This document shows positions 39,030 to 48,739 of a stretch of 64,000 nt of DNA, in pieces; the first letter of the stretch is position 1, and every line of letters starts with the position of its first letter. The stretch comes from a virus (taxonomy: Duplodnaviria > Heunggongvirae > Uroviricota > Caudoviricetes). The stretch lies in IMG/VR virus record IMGVR_UViG_3300017987_005500. The stretch is one strand, 5' to 3'. The translations under genes were made by a program, and so were the position numbers. A model generated the notes under the pieces. That model worked only from the letters and a program-made list of their open reading frames with translations. It had not been told where the DNA came from and made no database searches.

Positions 39030-40988
39030 TTATTTGATGAAGAAATTCAATTCAATTTTCTCAACAACTCTTGTAGGTTCAAGAATAACATTTACATGAA
39101 ATGTTTTACGTTTTCTTTCATATTCAGTTGCTCCAACATCAACGCTAAAGCTATACAGACCTCTTTGTTGTTGAATTCTTTGGAGGAACTCAACAATTTC
39201 ACCTGATACTTTATTCCAAGTAACGGCGTCATTGAGTTCAAATATAAAGAATCTACAGAATTGCTCTAATGCTCTCTTGCAATAAAGAACAAGTCTAACA
39301 ATATTGAGATCTTGAAGAGCACTTGGTTTCGCTTGAGAAGTCAATTGTCCCCACATTACATAACCCTGGTTAAATCTTACAATTGGGTTAAGTTGTTTCA
39401 AGTACATTTGATCTCTTTGACCTTGCTTAGGATTGAATCGAAGTTCCTTAACTGACTCAATGGCGCCTCTATTAAATCCTGCTGCTGCCCACCAAATCTC
39501 TGCAACATTGTCATTTCTTGGAAGCAAGTATGACATATGATACAAGGGTGAAAACCATACGTCCTGACCGGTAAATGGGTCATATACTTTATTATACTCT
39601 TCATACAGAGCAGTAAAATAATTGTTATAAGTATGATATTGAAGACGTCTTGTCATTGCTGCATTAAATGTTGGGTTGTCTCCATTGTCCAATAATGCAA
39701 CACAATCTCTTCTTGTCTGAACAAGAGTTGAAATTTGTGTCTTAACGTCAGTTGGGTAACCAGCATCCCAGACAACTGTGAAATAAAAATTCTCAGAGTC
39801 AAGAATTGAATCATCAATAAGTCCTGCATATGCTTGAGCAAGAACCTGAGTTGCTTCAGCTGTATCAAGATCTCCAGAAGCATCAAGTAAAGATCCGTCA
39901 GAACCTTTTCTAAATGGAACAGGAGTTGATGAAGCAAATGCTGTGGCAATACTTGTGTCAGCTTTCTTAACAAGATATGTCGCATCTGCAGAATCATCAA
40001 AGTTTACAGTGTCACCTTCCCATCCTCTTGAAGCTGCGTCAAGGTCTCTGCCATTATAAATTTCAGCAACCTCTCCGTCAACTCCAGCAGCAAGTCCTAT
40101 CCAACCCCAAATCTTATTTCCTCGACTGTCTTTAGCTGAAATCATAAATTCAGCATTTCCAGTTGCAGGACTTGTTTGGTAATCAGTAAAGTCTTGTTTA
40201 TTATCTGCAATTTCTGCAGAACCGGGTGTTAAGTCAACAGTTGTAAGACCAATGTCTTTATCATAAATCTTTGCAACTAATTTATAACCATCTGTGTACT
40301 CTTCATTTGAAAGTTGCATTTGCCATTTAAGCAATCCTGAATAAAGATCAAGAACTTCTCCGATATAAATTGAAGAACCTGTATCATCCATTGCTTTTGG
40401 ATTGAATGAAACTTCAAATGATTCAATAATTTGATCATCACCGTCTGACTGTTTTTCATAAACATCAAGAACATAAACGTCACTGATCATTGGATTTGCC
40501 ACTTCAGTTAAACGAATACCCAATTTATTATAATACTGACCTCGGCCAATTGGATATAAGAAACCTAATGGATAAGTTGGCGCTGAAGATTCCAAGTTTG
40601 TAATAATTTCAGCTTCTGAATTTAGACTGTCAACATAAGTAAGTTCAATGGCACATGTTGCATCACTTGCGCCCATGACAGCGTCAATTCTTAAATTTGC
40701 ATATGCTGCATCATCAGGTAATGGACGCATTACATATATAGCGCCTGATTCTCCAAGGAAATTATAAGCTTCATATAGTCCTTGTCCATAACCTTTTCCA
40801 TACGTAGCAATGTTTGGTTCACCAAATTCAGATACAAGTTCTTGTCGAGAACCTATGAATTTTAGTTTATTGTCTTCACCTTTTTCAGCGAGAAAACAAA
40901 TACAACCAATTGTAGAAGGAACTTCAGCTACATATGCTGACAAGTCGATAATTTTAGTATAAACGCCCGGACTGATATTACTTCCCAT
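39030..40988 (-). CDS. Tail sheath protein (T4 gp18-like)
   Basis: SPGVY start, WWAAAGFNRG, LNPIVRF, WGQLT, LNIVRL, FIFELND. Confidence 0.95.
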   Translation of the reverse strand: MGSNISPGVYTKIIDLSAYVAEVPSTIGCICFLAEKGEDNKLKFIGSRQELVSEFGEPNIATYGKGYGQGLYEAYNFLGESGAIYVMRPLPDDAAYANLRIDAVMGASDATCAIELTYVDSLNSEAEIITNLESSAPTYPLGFLYPIGRGQYYNKLGIRLTEVANPMISDVYVLDVYEKQSDGDDQIIESFEVSFNPKAMDDTGSSIYIGEVLDLYSGLLKWQMQLSNEEYTDGYKLVAKIYDKDIGLTTVDLTPGSAEIADNKQDFTDYQTSPATGNAEFMISAKDSRGNKIWGWIGLAAGVDGEVAEIYNGRDLDAASRGWEGDTVNFDDSADATYLVKKADTSIATAFASSTPVPFRKGSDGSLLDASGDLDTAEATQVLAQAYAGLIDDSILDSENFYFTVVWDAGYPTDVKTQISTLVQTRRDCVALLDNGDNPTFNAAMTRRLQYHTYNNYFTALYEEYNKVYDPFTGQDVWFSPLYHMSYLLPRNDNVAEIWWAAAGFNRGAIESVKELRFNPKQGQRDQMYLKQLNPIVRFNQGYVMWGQLTSQAKPSALQDLNIVRLVLYCKRALEQFCRFFIFELNDAVTWNKVSGEIVEFLQRIQQQRGLYSFSVDVGATEYERKRKTFHVNVILEPTRVVEKIELNFFIK

Positions 40989-41116
40989 AATACTATTCTC
41001 CTAATATTTAAGTGTTAAAATGAGAGTCTCTATAAAATTTAGTATTTACTATTCTATCTATAGAGAATAGTACAGTTGACTTCCTTAAGTAAGTGAATTT
41101 GTCTTATAATTAATTT

Positions 41117-41977
41117 TTATACAATAGAAATAACTTTTTGTATAATCTCATTTATATTAGGAATATTATCTATAAACCTAATAACTTTCCAACCTTCATT
41201 TTCAATTAATAATTGTCTTTTCTTATCATATTGTTTATCTTGATGCCAATAACTATCATCATATTCAATTGCTATCATTTCACTTGGAATTGCAATATCA
41301 ATTGAAAAATTTAAACATGGATATTCTAGTTTAGTATCATTAAAATAATTAGAAATTATTTTAAATAATTTAAGTTGAGGTTTGGAAATTTTAGTAACTC
41401 CAGCTCTAGCAGCTAAAAATCCTCCATTTAACATATAATCTCTTTGGTTGTTTCTAAATTCACTTGTCTTTTGATAACAAGGTGTTCCATATTTCACCAT
41501 ACATGTATTTCGAGCCTTTAATAAACTTTCTTCACTATGCTTTTTTCCATAAAATGGATTTTTATCTCCTATTAATTTTTTCCCTCTCTTAGATAAATTA
41601 CTCTTTAATTTATTTGCTTTATCAAATCCAAATTGTTGTTCATATGTCTTCCCTTTATTAGGATGAACAGAATTTGGTTGATTCAACCAATGTTTATCTC
41701 CAAGTTTATTTTTTGAAGACTTGTCTTTGAACTTACTAGAATTACACATACATTTAACAGAGCAATATTTATGATGACCAACTACAAGATTAACCCATTT
41801 TGTATATTGGTTGCATCCTTTATAGTTTCCATAATTTAAACAAATATCATCACCATCATTCTTTATATATTTATCATAATATTCTTTTGATTTAATATTA
41901 TGAATTCTTAAATGACTTGTTAATGCTTTTAAACTTTTGAATTCTTTTCTGCAAATCTTGCATGTAATTATTTTCAT
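41117..41977 (-). CDS. Homing-type endonuclease (C2H2 finger + NUMOD3 + DUF559/Vsr-like nuclease)
   Basis: CKIC..HLRIH, NPFYGKKHSEES, IDIAI...IAIEYDDSYWH...GWKVIRF; start MKIIT after RBS ggag. Confidence 0.8.
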   Translation of the reverse strand: MKIITCKICRKEFKSLKALTSHLRIHNIKSKEYYDKYIKNDGDDICLNYGNYKGCNQYTKWVNLVVGHHKYCSVKCMCNSSKFKDKSSKNKLGDKHWLNQPNSVHPNKGKTYEQQFGFDKANKLKSNLSKRGKKLIGDKNPFYGKKHSEESLLKARNTCMVKYGTPCYQKTSEFRNNQRDYMLNGGFLAARAGVTKISKPQLKLFKIISNYFNDTKLEYPCLNFSIDIAIPSEMIAIEYDDSYWHQDKQYDKKRQLLIENEGWKVIRFIDNIPNINEIIQKVISIV

Positions 41978-42065
41978 TTTAATTTCTCCCGTTAGAAATA
42001 TTAAAAATGGGTAAGAGAAATAAAACGGGTATTTCTCAAGGTGGCCAGACCCTGTCCCCATTATT

Positions 42066-42761
42066 TTAAAAATATAAGTACCATACGAAGATAAGTTGCC
42101 TATTTGTATTCTTCACAATGGTTGGAAATGTGACTCTACTAAATAAATGAAACGGTCCTGAACTTCCTCCTGCTGTACTCGGAGATGTGAAAAGACCCGC
42201 TTCACTTAATTGATTTCCATTAGCATCCAAAGACCCAAGCGTAATTACGACTCTTGCAAGTAACCATGAATTTGAATTCTCAGGATCTTGCTCAAAAGTT
42301 ATATTGTCGAAGGGATGCTTATAATAATACCCATCATGAAAATCTGCACAAGTGGCGTCCGTCGCATTAATTCCTACTGCATCATCTAAATCTGTGTCTT
42401 CATTAGTGGGAGATACTGGATCAAAAGGATCCCCAGGAAGTGTTCCGCCAACTCCAACTCCAAACCAACTTATAAATTCATCATGTGTCGGAGTTATATT
42501 TCCATTTGCGGTTTTGGTTGCTCTAACTGCTAACCATTCTCTTCCTAAATATACCACTAAATTATGTTTACCAAGGAGCTTCATTTTATCATCATCAGTT
42601 GCTTCATATATTTCGACAAATCCTTGGGGTGTTTTTCCGGAAGGACTAGGTTCTCCGTTCAAAGGAACATGATCCATAAGACAATTGTCCCCATAACGTT
42701 CTTCAACGCTGACAACGAGATCCTTATCTCCCTGACAAAGTTCTTTTGTATTTTCATCCAT
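42066..42761 (-). CDS. Tail fibre/baseplate-attachment protein
   Basis: HNLVVYLG, FGVGVG, ANGNQLSEAGLF, LFSRVTFPTIVK...FVWYLYF. Confidence 0.65.
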   Translation of the reverse strand: MDENTKELCQGDKDLVVSVEERYGDNCLMDHVPLNGEPSPSGKTPQGFVEIYEATDDDKMKLLGKHNLVVYLGREWLAVRATKTANGNITPTHDEFISWFGVGVGGTLPGDPFDPVSPTNEDTDLDDAVGINATDATCADFHDGYYYKHPFDNITFEQDPENSNSWLLARVVITLGSLDANGNQLSEAGLFTSPSTAGGSSGPFHLFSRVTFPTIVKNTNRQLIFVWYLYF

Positions 42762-42802
42762 TGGTTAAACATCCTTATTACGGTAGATTATTATGTTTAT
42801 TA

Positions 42803-42810
42803 TTTGTTCT
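42803..42810 (-). promoter_or_regulatory. Putative late-promoter motif AGAACAAA
   Basis: 41 nt upstream of the 42761 start. Confidence 0.55.
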
Positions 42811-42857
42811 TAAAAAAAACTGAAAACGGTAAATATTTTTAATATAAAAAATATTAG

Positions 42858-42870
42858 TATATATATTAAT
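42858..42870 (+). promoter_or_regulatory. Putative early-promoter motif TATATATATTAAT upstream of the RAMP gene
   Basis: Identical core to motifs at 20936, 48497, 48955, 50065, 53908. Confidence 0.6.
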
Positions 42871-42985
42871 TATTAGTATAAGTATTATTATATAGTTTAT
42901 TTTTATTTATTTATTTTTTAAAAGTCTAAACTTATCAAAGCACATAGGTGCTAATAGGATTATTTGGACGAGAAAGGAGTCAATC

Positions 42986-43861
42986 GTGGCAAAAGCAGCA
43001 GATGAAAAGAAAACAGCAGCATCAAAGACAGCACCGAAACGTAAAACAAAAAGTGAACGTGAAAAAGAACTTGACAAAATGGTCAGGGGATTTAAACCTT
43101 ACTATGTTGATGTTACCGGTGAATACATTTCAACAATTTCGGGTTCCCGCCCTGAGGATACTGCTAAACTTATCAGTAAACCCTCAAAGACAGTCAATGA
43201 AGAGCTTCATAAAATTATGAAAGCTCAGGTTGAACTCTGCCTGCAAAAGGGAGATATTGAAGGAGCAACTGCGGCAGTAGATGCTTTCCAGAACTCTGGA
43301 AATGATTTTTCAAATCCCCTTCATGTTTTTCAACGGGATGAACAATGTGGCAGAAGACCTTTTCAAGGAGCTTATATGTTCTTTGGTGCCTTCCGAGATA
43401 CTATAAAGATGGCATATCCCAAAGACTTTAATATCTATATTAAGGTTAAAAATACATCCGGACCAAGTATAAAGCACTTAAGAAAGTCTGTGCGAGTTGC
43501 CCCGGATCATATTTTCCTCATGAAAGATGAGGATAATTACATGGAAGAAAGTGATATTGTTATTGAAAATCAGCACCCTGTTCCTCCAGACGTTAAGGGT
43601 TTCTCTCGTTTTGAGATTCTCCCAAAAGGAGCTATTGTGAAATACCGACTTGAAGTTCACAGCTGTACTCAATTCAATGCACTTGCTGATCTCGAGCTTG
43701 TTAAGAAAGTGATTATCCAAAGTGCCCTTCACGGAATTGGCTCACGACGAGCTTCCGGTTATGGCCAATGGAAAGTTAAAAAGATTGAATTCCATGAGAT
43801 GGCAGCAATGGAGGGAAGCGATGGACAAAAAGAGGATGAAGACGTCAGCAAGGCTGCGTAA
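42986..43861 (+). CDS. Stand-alone RAMP-superfamily (Cas7/Csm3-like) RNA-binding protein
   Basis: N-strand YVDVTGEYISTISG; RPFQGAYMFFGAFRD (cf. PxIPGSSxKGxxR); RFEILPKGAIVKYRL; C-terminal Gly-rich loop GIGSRRASGYGQWKV; GTG start after aaggag. Confidence 0.8.
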   Translation: MAKAADEKKTAASKTAPKRKTKSEREKELDKMVRGFKPYYVDVTGEYISTISGSRPEDTAKLISKPSKTVNEELHKIMKAQVELCLQKGDIEGATAAVDAFQNSGNDFSNPLHVFQRDEQCGRRPFQGAYMFFGAFRDTIKMAYPKDFNIYIKVKNTSGPSIKHLRKSVRVAPDHIFLMKDEDNYMEESDIVIENQHPVPPDVKGFSRFEILPKGAIVKYRLEVHSCTQFNALADLELVKKVIIQSALHGIGSRRASGYGQWKVKKIEFHEMAAMEGSDGQKEDEDVSKAA

Positions 43862-43886
43862 AACAGTAGCGAGAGGAGGAAATATT

Positions 43887-44102
43887 ATGGCAAAAGGAAT
43901 GGCCGATATGATGGTCGAAACTGCGGAGAAACTTCTTGATGGAGAGGTTCCTTTAAAGACTGGTGAAGTCGTTGCCAAAGTAGGTAATATACATCAGCTT
44001 GAACGCAAAAGAGATCATGATGCTCACGATCGTGGATTAAATGATGAAAATCTTAAAGGTTTTCAAAAGATTTGTAAACAATCTACGAAAAAGAAAAGAT
44101 AG
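43887..44102 (+). CDS. Small hypothetical protein co-transcribed with the RAMP (71 aa)
   Basis: RBS gaggagg then ATG 43887 (MAKGMADMMVETAEKLL...STKKKR). Confidence 0.7.
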   Translation: MAKGMADMMVETAEKLLDGEVPLKTGEVVAKVGNIHQLERKRDHDAHDRGLNDENLKGFQKICKQSTKKKR

Positions 44103-44112
44103 CAAATGGATA

Positions 44113-44139
44113 ATGGGGCGAGTTATGAGATCGCCCCAT
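44113..44139 (+). other. GC-rich hairpin at the 5' boundary of the repeat array
   Basis: atggggcga-9 nt-tcgccccat perfect 9-bp stem, no U-tract. Confidence 0.7.
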
Positions 44140-44184
44140 CCATGGAATATAGTTATATTTATTCCTCTTTCATGGTTTTCTTTT

Positions 44185-47100
44185 ATATTTAATAGAATGC
44201 ATAATATATCGAATCCGATCCTATGACATTCTATGTTGTATAATAGAATCCGACGCAATCACATTTTATTCACTAAAATGGGTTGAAGTTTAACCCATTT
44301 GCAATGTGAGCTATGATGCAACCGAATGAAATCATATTAAATAATCTAATAATTTAATTTAATTTGGTTAAATATTTTGTTTTGGTGTAGAATGTTATTC
44401 CATATTATTAATTTTAAATTCCTTACGTTATGATATAATTCAATTTTATTTGATTCGATTTACATATGTAATATTATTTTATGGGACAGCATCCATTTCA
44501 GTTGGATAAAATTCGATATACTATAAAACTTAATTGATTAGCACGTAATTCAATATAATTCCATCCGATCCATTTTTAAAGCAATTCGACACAGTACGAT
44601 CCGGTCGAATAAGTTGTAATTCAATCATATGCATTATTTTATTTAATGCTGTGAAGTATAATTGAATAAAATGGTATTCATAATTCAATGCGATGATAAA
44701 GAATGCGGTCCTGTCTCATTGAGTCGAATAGAATGGAATTACCTTTTAACTTAAACTTATTTCAACATGAACATATTCAATGCGATATAATGCACAATAT
44801 TATCTCATCCTATTCAGTGCGAAACTATTGAATAAGTTCCTATCCAATGAAATTCACAATTAAATAATGTATGGTAGCTTGTTTTGCTATGCGATTATAT
44901 TTCATCCATAAGTTTTACAATGCCAATAAATAAAATATGCAGTAAAATAGGCATTGAGAGCTTTTGATTTTATGTCATTTTAATCAGTTAAATCGAATGT
45001 CATTCATAAAAGAATATTATTCGTTATCGTATGGTGTGATTCAATTTAATGCTATGTTATCAGATTCACAATAATATACAATGCAAAGATTTCCTAAGAG
45101 ATCCAATATAATTCCGTAAATCGTAAGATTCTTTGCGACTCATTTTAATTCGTTATGGCGCCGTTGAATAACATAATATTCTCTATTCTATTTTACCGGT
45201 TACGTTCCTATTTGGTAAAATGGTATTTTATTTGATTCAATGATATTTACTTTGTAATACAATGCAAATATGTTCAATACTATGCGTTGCTATGCGATCC
45301 TATTCATTATACATTCAATTTAATACAATATTTTATAATTGAATAAGGTCTTATAAACTTTTTAATCTTACCCGTTCCTATTTAATACCATTTAATTCTA
45401 TAAATTATTCAACTGGTTAGTATGGGGTATTATGGTTTGTAATTACGTAAAATTGTATACATACGTAATATTGATCACTGTATAATTGGGTATAATACAA
45501 TACAATCTATATTTCACTGAATTGACTTTTAACGTATCATGCAGTATTATACAATTATGTTCAATTAAATAATGTTTTATGTATTATGATATGGAATAAA
45601 GTAATGTAGAAAGAAATCCTATCTGATAGCATTTTATACAATCTATATTTGAATTATATCCATTATAATACAGTTCAATGCGATACAATATAATTAAATT
45701 TCATTAATGATTCAATGTTACCGGTTTCGATACAATTTGTTAAATTATTATAAATAATTTGATCAGATCGAATTTAATCAAGCATTTCTTCTTAATATCT
45801 GATTGAATGCTATTCAATATATGATGGATGCGACGCCATTCCTTTGAATATTATGAAATAGTATATTATTCATTATTTAATTAGGTATAACAACTTTCAA
45901 TTTTATATTATATCATTCGATAAAATGAACGTTTTAATTGAATCTATTTCTATACGAAGCCGTTCCATGCTATTTTATGCGATGTCATAGATCTTTTAAT
46001 TAGATGCTATGCATTTCCATTGATTGGTACCGAATTCTTTACATTTCATTCCAATTCTATCGAATAAATATCTTATATATTTTATGTTAACTTTTTACTA
46101 AATTTAACTAAATAAATAAATAAGGAATATAATAAAATTAACTAAAAAATAACAAACCTTATTTAATATGTTTTCCAATGCAGTTGAGTAAAATTCTATT
46201 CATGATTAGATATAATAATTTTATGTTTAATACAATATGGTCAAATGTCTTAAGATACAATTTTATTTAATAAATGATTCGATTAATTTGAATTAGGTTC
46301 GATCCATTTACATAGTATTGTATGGAATAAAATACATAATTTGATGGGTTAGGATGTGATAGCTTATGGTATTATTGAATACAATTTTATTAATAATTTC
46401 ATATGATAAAACTCCATATTATTCTATTCTGTCGGGTTACATTCGATCAAATGTATAAAATATTCGTAATTGGATTCTTTGGGATTTATTAAGTTTCGAT
46501 CCTTTTACATCTCATTCTATTTAATAAATCTTTAATATGACTCTATTTGATTAGATGGAGTTCATTAGCACCCTTTTTAATCTAATAAAATATACTTTAT
46601 TTTATATTACTGTATGAGTTTGGGTAATATGAAATCAACAAATAAGGAATATAATAAAATTAAAATAAAAATATCAAACCTTATTTATAATACCATCCTA
46701 AAAGATGTAATTTTATAACATTCTATTTAATAAATCTCTATTAGGATTGAATCTGATATCATGCAGTTGGATAAGTTCCAATAAAATTGTGTTTTATATA
46801 TCATAGAATATTATTCATTGATATCCGTTATCTTATAATCCTGTGTCATATAATATCATAAACCATTAATACTTTATTATACTGTATTATATCTTATCCA
46901 ATTATATGAAATCTCATCCACATGGTATAAAATGTGATAGCTTATGGTATTATTGGATACAATTTCATTGATCATTGGATACTTTTGGATTCATTCCGAT
47001 GTCTTATGATCCTATTCAATGTTATTTATATTTTAATTACATCACATTGATTATGTTCCGATCCGTTAGAATTAAATTAAATGCGATTCATAAATAATAT

Positions 47101-47480
47101 GTGGTCATTTAGGATAATGTTTAAACAAATTAAATAATATATCATATACGTTTTAAACAACATTATATATTTCTGTATAAAATAAGGTCATATTTAATCC
47201 ATAATCCAATGCTATTTGATTTAATACAATAAAACACCATCATGTTCTATGGAATAATATTCTATTCACAATTTTAAATTGTATGTAATTCCATAATACG
47301 AAATCCAATTCCATAAAATACAATTCATAATTCTATAAAATTTTAATTATTATTATCCCATATTATGACATGACATCTCATCTTATTCATAATAATATTC
47401 TGTATCATTCCATGCTATTCAATATAATGATATAGCATTTACAATTTTAAAACCTATACTTTGATAATAAATGAGATTCA
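44185..47480 (+). repeat. 3.3-kb non-coding array of 5-nt-periodic units (NNATN)n in blocks delimited mostly by CA; candidate guide-RNA array
   Basis: No ORF of 60 aa or more in any frame from 44259 to 47567; e.g. 44681 taatt caatg cgatg ataaa gaatg cggtc ctgtc tcatt gagtc gaata gaatg gaatt; same register at 47328-47439. Confidence 0.85.
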
Positions 47481-47503
47481 ATGGGGTTAGATTTACCTAC
47501 CGG

Positions 47504-47542
47504 AAAAAGAGCTCCCACGATATTTATGGGAGCTCTTTTTTT
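47504..47542. terminator. Bidirectional intrinsic terminator closing the array
   Basis: aaaaagagctccca-loop-tgggagctcttttttt. Confidence 0.85.
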
Positions 47543-47567
47543 GTACACTTGTTATGCTAAAGATTAA

Positions 47568-48404
47568 TTATTGAATAAATGTTCCACAATTTTGACAAAA
47601 CTTTACATTAGACTTTGACTTAGTGCCACAAGATGGACAAGTTATTTTTGTTTTAACTGTAATTGGAGCTTCAACTTTAACTCCTGTGGACATTGTCCCT
47701 TTAAGTCTTATGATAATTGTCTGAGCTTCATCAGTCTCTCCAAAACTCACAGTGCGAAATCCTTGATGAGTTTCAGCACCCTTTACAGTAATTCCTTCAT
47801 CAAGAGCAGGTCCGTCATTTAAAGAATCTGTGACAACGCTATTATCACTTGATGCAACGGACTGAGAAGAATAAAGACAAGACCTTGGAGCTTCTCTTAG
47901 AGCGTCTCCTGTCCCTGCCATTTGTCCAGTAACTCCTAATCCTTTTGAAAATCCTCTTGGTCTTGGAGTCCCTGAACTTCCATAAATAGTATTATCATCA
48001 TTCCAATGATGATAAACATTATCATGGATGATTGTTCTTCTAAGGATTTCAGGTTTTGCTTTCTCGTAGGCAAATTCAACTCTTATAAAACCATCGTCTA
48101 CATTATCACCTCTGTGATCTGAGATTTCTTGAGTCTTTTGAATAAACCTGAAAGCATTACGGACTTCATTGTTTTCCATAAAACCTTTTAATTCAATTTC
48201 GGAATTTGGATTTACAATGAGGGAATGTCCATCAAGAACATCCTTGCTATCAATACTTATACTGACAGATGCTCTTCTTGACTCGAGATTTTTTAAAAGA
48301 ATTGAATAATCGGAACCGAAAGGGAGAGTGACAAGATCGTCTTGCTCTCTGAGGACTTTACCATTGACTTTTACGACTGCGATAAACTTTTGATTATACA
48401 CCAT
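47568..48404 (-). CDS. Conserved hypothetical protein with C-terminal Zn ribbon
   Basis: YSILLKNLESRRASVSISIDSKDV; CPSC...CQNC. Confidence 0.7.
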   Translation of the reverse strand: MVYNQKFIAVVKVNGKVLREQDDLVTLPFGSDYSILLKNLESRRASVSISIDSKDVLDGHSLIVNPNSEIELKGFMENNEVRNAFRFIQKTQEISDHRGDNVDDGFIRVEFAYEKAKPEILRRTIIHDNVYHHWNDDNTIYGSSGTPRPRGFSKGLGVTGQMAGTGDALREAPRSCLYSSQSVASSDNSVVTDSLNDGPALDEGITVKGAETHQGFRTVSFGETDEAQTIIIRLKGTMSTGVKVEAPITVKTKITCPSCGTKSKSNVKFCQNCGTFIQ

Positions 48405-48496
48405 TATTTCTCCTTACAGATCACAGACTAAGATCTGAAATTTTTAAAGTCTGTAGTTAAATAGCATAACAAGTTTTATTTTATATTTGTTCTTGT

Positions 48497-48521
48497 TATA
48501 TATATTAATTACTAGGTGGGA
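48497..48521 (+). promoter_or_regulatory. Early-type motif TATATATATTAAT plus downstream AGGTGGGA
   Basis: Repeated at 48955-48980 and 53908-53933; back-to-back with AGAACAAA (minus, 48486-48493). Confidence 0.6.
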
Positions 48522-48617
48522 CTTATTGTTTGAATAATATGTGGAGGTGTATTGTGATAACTCTATTTATGGCAAAGGTCCAATTTTAAATGTAATTTTT
48601 TAAGGAGGTGTTTAAGT

Positions 48618-48713
48618 ATGACAACTCTAATCGTCGCTAAGAGTCCAACTATATTAAGTATGGTTTGGACAGTATTTAAATTTACATTCACAACTGTAAT
48701 AATAATGATTTAA
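48618..48713 (+). CDS. Hydrophobic micro-protein (31 aa)
   Basis: RBS aggaggtg; MTTLIVAKSPTILSMVWTVFKFTFTTVIIMI. Confidence 0.5.
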   Translation: MTTLIVAKSPTILSMVWTVFKFTFTTVIIMI

Positions 48714-48739
48714 TAATTAATTTTTTAAGGAGATATATT

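Noticed and set aside
43722-43886. 126-aa version of the ORF after the RAMP
   Set aside because: Overlaps the RAMP by 140 nt; a strong RBS supports ATG 43887
44185-47480. Canonical CRISPR array next to the Cas7-like gene
   Set aside because: No 23-50-bp repeat recurs at regular spacing; conservation is confined to a 5-nt-periodic triad and 2-nt punctuation
44185-47480. Human satellite II/III (ATTCC)n contamination or ordinary microsatellite
   Set aside because: Pentamers are highly variable rather than ATTCC-dominated, the region is flanked seamlessly by phage hairpins and genes, and the CA punctuation is regular; read-level confirmation is still advisable
44185-47480. Hidden protein gene under a reassigned stop codon
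   Set aside because: Period 5 with 2-nt shifts is incompatible with a reading frame, TAA is frequent, and TAA, TAG and TGA all end real genes elsewhere in the window
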